Part shown: positions 18,019-24,335 of the stretch, piece by piece
Layout of the letters: each line of letters begins with the position of its first letter
Position numbering within the stretch: position 1 is the first letter of the stretch
IMG/VR virus record: IMGVR_UViG_3300020045_006464
Span: 1 to 24,335 of that record
DNA length: 24,335 nt
Strand: one strand, 5' to 3'
DNA from: a virus
Lineage: Duplodnaviria; Caudoviricetes
Notes under the pieces: model-generated
Databases searched by the model: none
What the model was told of the DNA's origin: nothing
What the model saw: the letters and a program-made list of their open reading frames with translations, nothing else
Program-made: the position numbers and the translations under genes

Positions 18019-18021
18019 AGA

Positions 18022-18474
18022 TTAAAAATAATTTGCCATATTAATAGCTGATTGAAATTGTTTGTCTTTTTCAAATTTTTCTTTAATCAATTTATAATTG
18101 ATAGGTAAAAAATTATAATTTAAAAAACCTCTATTCTGATTATTGTCTTTAGGTTTAAATAAACTAATTAATTCATATTCGTAAAACTCTAAATCCTTAT
18201 TAATTAAATCTAATCCATAAAAAGAAACATAATTAAAAATCTTACCGTTAACGTGTGGTGTTCTACAATTATAAATTCTATCAAATATATTTTGACTAAT
18301 ACCGATATAAGTTATAACATTATCGCACCACAAAAAATAAATTCCTTTTTTGTTTTCAAAATCTGTATTAAAACTATACTTTTTTAAATCTAAAACTGAT
18401 TTAAAAACCGTTGAAAAATCTTTGTTTTTTATTGCTTCTTGTATCATAATTTTATTTTTTTCTAACTGTAACAT
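18022..18474 (-). CDS. GIY-YIG nuclease-domain protein
   Basis: KGIYFL...TYIGIS...R...E..LI...P..N; start uncertain. Confidence 0.75.
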   Translation of the reverse strand: MLQLEKNKIMIQEAIKNKDFSTVFKSVLDLKKYSFNTDFENKKGIYFLWCDNVITYIGISQNIFDRIYNCRTPHVNGKIFNYVSFYGLDLINKDLEFYEYELISLFKPKDNNQNRGFLNYNFLPINYKLIKEKFEKDKQFQSAINMANYF

Positions 18475-18712
18475 AGTGTAACCTACGTTACACCTAAATG
18501 TTACACCTATTTTTCAATGTTTATAGGGTCTGCGGAGCAAAAGTGTAACCTACGTTACACTTTTTGATTTTTGAAAAAATATTTTTTTTTTTTTATTTTT
18601 ATTTTTCATTTCGGTTTTACTGTAACCTACGTTACACTTTCCTTTGTTAAGTACCGTAAACATTGAAAAACTACTGTAACATTAGTGTAACATTTTACTG
18701 TAACGTGTAACC
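18467..18712. repeat. Palindromic iteron array (putative origin 2)
   Basis: TGTAACCTACGTTACAC x3 (18477, 18544, 18621), further TGTAAC half-sites, 14 bp inverted repeat 18510-18523/18657-18670, T-rich core 18561-18608. Confidence 0.8.
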
Positions 18713-21006
18713 TATTTTTTCTCAATTTGTTTAAGCAATCTGTTTATTTGCATTCTACTCAATCCTAAAATCTCAGCAGTCTTGCTTCTGTTAAAATTCG
18801 GGTTTTCCTCGTAAATCAATTTCAACTTCTCTAAACTGTTTTTTCCACCTTTAGAAACCGTTTTTAAATCGTTAGCTTCGACTGAATTTATTTTAACTTT
18901 CTTTGCAGTAGCAATAAAATAATTACTTAATTTTTCCGCTTTTAATACACTTTCTTTTGAAATAAGCAAACTATTACCACCGCTACCGAAAAACTCGTCG
19001 AAAATATGTATTAGTAGCGCAAAACGTGGTATATAAGATTTTTGCTTCGGGTACATAGATTTAAGATACTCATTTTCGTTATCATCATTTTGAAAATCAG
19101 TAATGATATTAAAAATTCGCATCCATTCAGTTTTTGCATCATTTGAGAATTTAGCAATCATTGATTCAATTGAATCTTCTTTGTCTCGTTTAATTACTGA
19201 TTTTAAACTATCATAAAAACAAATAATATTGTTTTTGTACCAATCTAATATTTCGTATTCCAATTCATTTTCATTGTATTTTTCAACTACTGCATCAGGG
19301 AAAGAAAGTAACATCCTATCCATAAAACCATTACTTTTATTTTCATCAGTATAAAAGTTGTTAAATATATCGGGTTGAATACCGCCGAGTACTGGTATTA
19401 ATGGTTTATCGATAAATGAACCTTTACGGGTTAAACGATTTAAACTTACTGATTTTCCCGACCAACACGATAGCCAAAACTCCAAATCAGAACCAGCACG
19501 ATATTTATTCATATCTTTTAACCAACCCGCTAATTCATCTTTAAAAACACCTACCGAGTTGTCGCTCTCTTGGTGTAAATCAACTAACGCTTCTAATGTA
19601 ATATCATTCGCTATAAATTGTGTTTTAATTGGTTTCGATACTTCGGGATAGTCTTTTTTCTCCTTAGCTGGTAGGTTTTCGTAAAACTCATATTTTTCAA
19701 GTTCCTTAAAATATTTTTTAATTTCACGTGAATTTATTTTTTGTAGTGGAAAAATAATATTATTTATCGATGGTGTTTTACCGATTCCAGCCTTACCAAC
19801 TAACGACATCCAAACAGTAGCGTTTTCAATCCATCCACGTTTTACTTCAATTTCGATACTATTGCCAATGCAAACAGAAATTAACCATAACATTGAACAA
19901 CCCATATAATCAATATTTGAATCGAGTTTTGAATTACACTCTAAAATATAATTTTGTATTGGTTCGGGAAAAATATCTAATGGAAATTTTAAGTCGTCAT
20001 TTTTTATATTGTAAGTTTCGGCAACTGGTTCTATTAAAGTTTTTGGCGGTTCGATTTTTATACGTGAACCGTAACCTAATTTATAAAGTTCCTTTGCGCT
20101 TTCTGAAAAATCCCCGTTATAGTACTTGTAACTAAATGCTATGAAAGGTGTTATTAGTTTTTCGTGTGGATAAATTGTACCAGTTGAAAATAAGTACATA
20201 CAACCGCTATCTTTATAAATATAACCGCTATGCGCCGAAGTTGCACCGTGTCTTTTTATAACAATATGTTTATGATTGTTAGACACTATTTTAAACTCCG
20301 AGCCGACAATATCTAAAATATCGGTTTTATCATTATAATCTTGCCACGGGGTTAAGTCTGATTTTATAAACTCCGTTTTTTCTTTTTTAGGCTCTAATGT
20401 AACTTCCTCAACGTAATTATACATTTTAGAAAATGACATTAATACATCACGGTCATCATCTGAAATATACTGAATATCAAAATAAGAAAGTTTAGACACT
20501 TGATTATCGGGATAAGCAAAAATATAACCGCCCGTTCCACGTGTTTCAATTATCGCTTCTTTGTGTCCTTTTAATGATGCTATTTTAGTATTTCCTTGAA
20601 CTCTTTTAGATTTAAAAAGAATATGAAAACCCTCGTTTTTTGTTTTATAAATTACAAATTTGTCGTCAAAATCTAAAATATTATCTTTTAAGTTTTGCAA
20701 ATATTCATCCCAAAAAGCAACTTTTTCTTTTGCGGTTGAAAACACTTTTAAATCTACATCAAAAACCTCCAAATCTTCAAAACCCGTAATGATTCCAAAG
20801 TTAGTTGTAGGTTGAATTTCACGAACTATTCCATCTTTGTCAGTCCATTTTTTTCCGCCTTTATACCCGTATTGCTCCGTGAACTGTTTAATAGATATTT
20901 TTTTATCTTGGTATTTTTTCCACGTAAAATTTGGTATCTTATCATCGCCAACGGTAAGGATAGAAAAATAGTCTAAAAATTTAAGTGCTTTTTGAAGTTC
21001 TAACAT
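18712..21006 (-). CDS. Prim-Pol (AEP) domain fused to DUF3987-type NTPase/helicase with C-terminal HTH
   Basis: FDVD, KTKNEGFH, IETRGTGGY; GKAGIGKT, DELAG, GGIQP, GFMDR; TAEILGLSRMQI. Confidence 0.88.
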   Translation of the reverse strand: MLELQKALKFLDYFSILTVGDDKIPNFTWKKYQDKKISIKQFTEQYGYKGGKKWTDKDGIVREIQPTTNFGIITGFEDLEVFDVDLKVFSTAKEKVAFWDEYLQNLKDNILDFDDKFVIYKTKNEGFHILFKSKRVQGNTKIASLKGHKEAIIETRGTGGYIFAYPDNQVSKLSYFDIQYISDDDRDVLMSFSKMYNYVEEVTLEPKKEKTEFIKSDLTPWQDYNDKTDILDIVGSEFKIVSNNHKHIVIKRHGATSAHSGYIYKDSGCMYLFSTGTIYPHEKLITPFIAFSYKYYNGDFSESAKELYKLGYGSRIKIEPPKTLIEPVAETYNIKNDDLKFPLDIFPEPIQNYILECNSKLDSNIDYMGCSMLWLISVCIGNSIEIEVKRGWIENATVWMSLVGKAGIGKTPSINNIIFPLQKINSREIKKYFKELEKYEFYENLPAKEKKDYPEVSKPIKTQFIANDITLEALVDLHQESDNSVGVFKDELAGWLKDMNKYRAGSDLEFWLSCWSGKSVSLNRLTRKGSFIDKPLIPVLGGIQPDIFNNFYTDENKSNGFMDRMLLSFPDAVVEKYNENELEYEILDWYKNNIICFYDSLKSVIKRDKEDSIESMIAKFSNDAKTEWMRIFNIITDFQNDDNENEYLKSMYPKQKSYIPRFALLIHIFDEFFGSGGNSLLISKESVLKAEKLSNYFIATAKKVKINSVEANDLKTVSKGGKNSLEKLKLIYEENPNFNRSKTAEILGLSRMQINRLLKQIEKK

Positions 21007-21009
21007 AGC

Positions 21010-21168
21010 TTAATTATTTACTGGTTTTTCTTTACCACATTTTGAACATTTATCAATCTGATAATCGTCGTAATACCAAATGTTTAAATGCAAAAAACGA
21101 TTACCAATAGATTGATAATATCTAATAAAGCTATGTTTACAAAATAACTGTTTAAAAAATAGTTTCAT
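21010..21168 (-). CDS. Small zinc-binding protein, 52 aa (DUF1660-like), not in ORF track
   Basis: Manual translation MKLFFKQLFCKH...CSKCGKEK. Confidence 0.65.
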   Translation of the reverse strand: MKLFFKQLFCKHSFIRYYQSIGNRFLHLNIWYYDDYQIDKCSKCGKEKPVNN

Positions 21169-21179
21169 AATTTAATTGT

Positions 21180-21278
21180 ATAAAATGAGAAAACTCCTAG
21201 ATAGCCATCACACATATCTAAGAGTTTCTCGGTGCTAATATAAAATTAGCAATATCTTACGTGTAAGTGATGGATTAC
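21180..21278 (-). promoter_or_regulatory. Structured leader 3 (kissing-loop/attenuator-like)
   Basis: Minus strand GTAA-[TCCATCAC]-TTAC; long hairpin 21187-21230 with loop containing GTGATGG; T-rich 3' side. Confidence 0.7.
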
Positions 21279-21283
21279 GATTA

Positions 21284-21291
21284 CAAACATA
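21284..21291 (-). promoter_or_regulatory. Bacteroidota -7 promoter element
   Basis: TATGTTTG on the minus strand. Confidence 0.6.
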
Positions 21292-21292
21292 C

Positions 21293-21328
21293 AAAACCCC
21301 CGCTAATTAAACTAATAAAAAGCGGGGT
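21293..21328 (-). terminator. Putative intrinsic terminator after the SSB-like gene
   Basis: CCCCGCT/AGCGGGG stem followed by GTTTT on the minus strand; long loop. Confidence 0.45.
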
Positions 21329-21336
21329 AATTTTGG

Positions 21337-21675
21337 TTAAAATAATTCTTCTTCTTTTGGTTCTTGGCTTTCTGAAATTGGCACGGCATTAAATACGGGT
21401 TGAGCATTGTCCCAAATAGTACTAAATCCCTCACCAATATAAACGGTTGGTGTGTTTGCTTCTCGTTCTTCCTTTGTTTGAACAACACAAGCGAAATGCG
21501 TTTTATCAATTCTCATACCTTTACCAGTATAAATTGTTTTTGGTTCTTTGACTGGGATTAGTTCAAATTTTATTTCTTGAACTTGTACAGTTTCGCCAGC
21601 TTTGTTTTGAAATTCTCTTTGTGATACTAATGGACGTAATTTAGTAGCATCTAATGTAACTTGGATTTTCGACAT
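21337..21675 (-). CDS. Putative SSB-like protein
   Basis: Beta-rich core (KTHF...YIG.G), acidic EEELF tail, position after annealase and exonuclease. Confidence 0.55.
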   Translation of the reverse strand: MSKIQVTLDATKLRPLVSQREFQNKAGETVQVQEIKFELIPVKEPKTIYTGKGMRIDKTHFACVVQTKEEREANTPTVYIGEGFSTIWDNAQPVFNAVPISESQEPKEEELF

Positions 21676-21676
21676 T

Positions 21677-22456
21677 TTAATTTATTTTTAAGTTATTAAT
21701 ATAATTACGAGCGTTCTCCACTCTTTTTTTTAATTCTTCAATTACCGATTCATCGTAATTAAATGAATAGGTTTTAATACGATATTTTACATCGACATTG
21801 TCATAATCGTGTTTTTCTTCGTAAGTTAGTTCTTCGGGCGTATTTAAAAGAACGTAGGTAAGAACGGCTTTTTTGCATCCCGTTAAGTGCATATAAACTT
21901 GTAACTGATAAAAGTAGTCAGAGTTTGGAATTTCATCATCAAATAACGGAAACGTAAAACAATCCCAACTACATTTTATATCGTACACGGTTTCGTTTAC
22001 AATTAAATCAGGTGTGCCCGTGAAAAAATCATCTTCAAAAAACTGCTCATTCTTAATTGCAAAAGGAATATCTAACCACTCAATCGCTTTGTCAATTGCT
22101 TTGTCCTCTAAGGCTAAACCTTTATTAAGGTACTTACTTGAAATTTCTTTTTTTACACCGTAAATATGTTCTTTTAGCCAGTCTTGAACGTGTGTTTTAG
22201 CGGTTTCTGATAATTCTATTTTGTCTTTTACAAGTTCTAATTCTGAAATCAATTTTTTAGTTTCTGGAATTTTTTTGTCTCTTATTTCAATTGCTGACTT
22301 GCAATCTTTATTTTTAAACTCAGACAAACGTAGTTCTAAACTACAAAATAAATCCCGTGCATCTTCAAATTTTTGTAAATTTGTTTTTCCTTTCGGGTCA
22401 GTCATTAACTTACCACTCGAACTTGCTCTACTCTTGAAATTTGGCAATGTTTTCAT
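21677..22456 (-). CDS. YqaJ/lambda-exonuclease-like PD-(D/E)XK nuclease
   Basis: RASS, KGLALE, GTPDLIV, DIKCS, YFYQLQVYM. Confidence 0.85.
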   Translation of the reverse strand: MKTLPNFKSRASSSGKLMTDPKGKTNLQKFEDARDLFCSLELRLSEFKNKDCKSAIEIRDKKIPETKKLISELELVKDKIELSETAKTHVQDWLKEHIYGVKKEISSKYLNKGLALEDKAIDKAIEWLDIPFAIKNEQFFEDDFFTGTPDLIVNETVYDIKCSWDCFTFPLFDDEIPNSDYFYQLQVYMHLTGCKKAVLTYVLLNTPEELTYEEKHDYDNVDVKYRIKTYSFNYDESVIEELKKRVENARNYINNLKIN

Positions 22457-23059
22457 CTGATATTTTGTATTTAGTTTTTATTTGCTCAATAGTAACTTGA
22501 CCGCTTTTAAATGCAGTTTTCGCTTTCTCCCAATTCGGGTGCGTTTCGTCAAACTCAATTAAAGTTAAATCTAAGTCATAGCTAATAACATCTTTTCGGT
22601 TTAAGTCAGCCCCAAATAAGTTTCCGAAATGGTCACACGCATCTTTTATAGCGATGGTCTTTGCATTTGGAAATGCCATAGACAAGGCACCGTTATTAAT
22701 ATTGTTTAAATCCGCTGGGGATGTTCCTTTTGCAGTTTGCAATTGACTTGCTCCGATCCCATCGTGGAACTCCCATAACCCCGTTAAAGGGTGTAAATAA
22801 TGCACACGTACAACTACATAAACCCCGTTAAAACTTGTTCCCTCTCGGAGTACTTCAATTTTGTATGATTTAAAAATAGTTTTTAAAAGAAACTCGATAC
22901 GCTCGATTGGTAGGTATTTGTAATCTCTAATAAATGGGTGTACTTTTACCCAACTTGGGTTTGGCGGTTGATTCATCAAAGTTACGAAAGCATCGTTTCT
23001 TTGAGCAACGACTGTATCGGAATATAAGTCGTTGATTTTTGGTAAATTATTTTACTCAT
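22428..23059 (-). CDS. Sak/Rad52-like single-strand annealing protein; 1-nt frameshift near the start
   Basis: YLPIERIE..L..IF, DGIG, AKTIAIKDA...FG..FG; frame open to 23051; ATG 23059 out of frame by one base. Confidence 0.72.
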
Positions 23060-23279
23060 TTTCTCTATTTTAATTATTAATAAATTTACAAATTATTTTT
23101 TAGTTGGGGTTTGGAATGGTTCTAAATTAGAATAATTTTTGTTGACTAACGTGGTTTTGTATCCGTTGTACTGCCTTATCAAAATACTCTTTATCTAATT
23201 CACAAGCCGTTAACTCAAATCCGTAGTCGTGGCAAGCAATAGCGATTGAACCACTACCGAGATGGGTGTCGAGTATTTT
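23059..23279 (-). repeat. Inverted anchor A, right copy (partner 1019-1239)
   Basis: 213/221 bp identical; weaker similarity extends to HPTQKP at about 23345. Confidence 0.97.
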
Positions 23280-23798
23280 AAAATCATCCTCAGCATATTT
23301 TTTTAAACAATACTTATAAAGTTTAATTGGCTTTTGTGTTGGATGTTGTTTTTTTATATCACAATCAGGCAAAGTTGAAAGTCTTTTAAAAATCCTAATA
23401 TTTTTATCAATATACTGCCTTACTCCGTCTGTATAACTTTGTGAGGATTGCTCATTTGCTAAAACATTCCAAACTATGAAATAAGGTGATAGATCGATAT
23501 ATGGGCCTTTAAAAGGAACAAGACGCTGTAATATATCTTTTGTTATTAATTCAATTCTATTCTTAGACCGTGCAGCCGTAATAGAATCAGTAATCTTTAT
23601 CGTTTGTGCCCAATCCCCAGCAAAACCGCACTTTGAATCTACAGATAAAGTTTGCGTAACGTCCAATAACATTATACGGGGGAAATTAGCATAACTATCA
23701 GCAAATTCATCGAATACTTTTACTGCCTTCCCATTATACGAAATGCTTTCTAATGCTAAGTATGATTGTATCCTTATATCGTATGATGGACTATTCAT
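23127..23798 (-). CDS. Chimeric ORF: tail-completion (DUF3168-like) N-part fused to MTase C-terminal fragment
   Basis: First ~135 aa (VFDE...FPRIML...SKCGF) follow the gp10-like gene; last ~75 aa match the 512-1171 C-terminus; no DPPY. Confidence 0.75.
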   Translation of the reverse strand: MNSPSYDIRIQSYLALESISYNGKAVKVFDEFADSYANFPRIMLLDVTQTLSVDSKCGFAGDWAQTIKITDSITAARSKNRIELITKDILQRLVPFKGPYIDLSPYFIVWNVLANEQSSQSYTDGVRQYIDKNIRIFKRLSTLPDCDIKKQHPTQKPIKLYKYCLKKYAEDDFKILDTHLGSGSIAIACHDYGFELTACELDKEYFDKAVQRIQNHVSQQKLF

Positions 23799-24317
23799 TT
23801 AGTTTCTAATTGCGTCTCTTATAACTCGTTTTATATTGTTGACAATTTGAGGACCTACCCTGTAAAATGCTGGCTGCATGAATGGACGAGGGTATAAACC
23901 ATTTTTCAAAATATTAACACAAATCACATAGGCGTTTTCAGGAGCTATATTGTGTCTAATACACCAGTTTTCAATCTTTTCTAAGAACTCTTGAAAATTC
24001 CCTCCCTTCTTGCCCTTCCATTCAGCCGCGATTGTCATCCACTCCGGATTTATCACTTTAAATCTTGCTCCTGTTCCGAATTCGACGAACGCAGAATATG
24101 GTGCTGTAGAAATAACATAATAGGTGCGATAACTCCTACGTTCATCTACTATTATGTTATTCAGTAGATACCCTTCATCTACTGCGGTTGCGCCATTTGG
24201 GGCCATCACTCTAGCTGCTATCCTAGATGCTTCAGCTTGCATTTTATATGCACCTGCACGTGCTTCTAAATCTACTTCCTCCTTGATTGCATCAGAAAGT
24301 ACATGAAGTCTATTCAA
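23799..24317 (-). CDS. HK97 gp10-like head-tail/neck protein
   Basis: AVDEGYL, APYSAFVEFGT, PRPFMQPAF; start may lie further upstream. Confidence 0.85.
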   Translation of the reverse strand: MNRLHVLSDAIKEEVDLEARAGAYKMQAEASRIAARVMAPNGATAVDEGYLLNNIIVDERRSYRTYYVISTAPYSAFVEFGTGARFKVINPEWMTIAAEWKGKKGGNFQEFLEKIENWCIRHNIAPENAYVICVNILKNGLYPRPFMQPAFYRVGPQIVNNIKRVIRDAIRN

Positions 24318-24335
24318 TAGACTATTAAGGCCCTG

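Noticed and set aside
18467-18712. CRISPR array
   Set aside because: Repeats are only 17-18 bp with irregular, low-complexity spacing and no cas genes; an origin fits better.
16227-22460. Plus-strand ORFs 16227, 19893, 22221 and minus ORF 21312-21509
   Set aside because: They are antisense or alternate-frame overlaps of recognisable genes.
1019-23279. Diversity-generating retroelement TR/VR pair
   Set aside because: Mismatches are synonymous and not adenine-specific, and there is no reverse transcriptase.
1019-23279. Simple fold-back duplication of one sequence
   Set aside because: Copies differ at silent sites and the DNA between anchors is unrelated; a chimera of two related phages remains possible.
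1-24335. Classical shufflon or invertase system
   Set aside because: No tyrosine or serine recombinase is recognisable, and the anchors share no common core sequence.

Overview
AT-rich, gene-dense tailed-phage DNA, probably from a Bacteroidota (Flavobacteriales-like) host, judged from TAnnTTTG promoters and gene families. Three blocks are visible. (1) 1-~14290 (+): DNA methyltransferase, then ERF, SSB-like protein, initiator, T7 gp4-type primase-helicase, DUF1367 and NinG, many small genes, then TerS and TerL. (2) ~14297-~23390 (-): a second, mirror-image early region with a non-homologous but functionally equivalent module (Sak/Rad52-like annealase, YqaJ-like exonuclease, SSB-like protein, Prim-Pol/DUF3987, iteron origin, GIY-YIG, SF2 helicase-nuclease). 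(3) ~23390-24335 (-): HK97 gp10-like and tail-completion genes, the latter fused in frame to a methyltransferase C-terminus. Blocks 1 and 2 share nine inverted anchors of 20-255 bp in perfectly nested order, with unrelated genes between them. Three promoter-proximal leaders ahead of replication/recombination genes share a hairpin plus terminator-like hairpin fold with different but mutually complementary loop sequences, a candidate cis-regulatory RNA family. Family calls are from motif recognition only, and a chimeric read or assembly cannot be excluded without read data.
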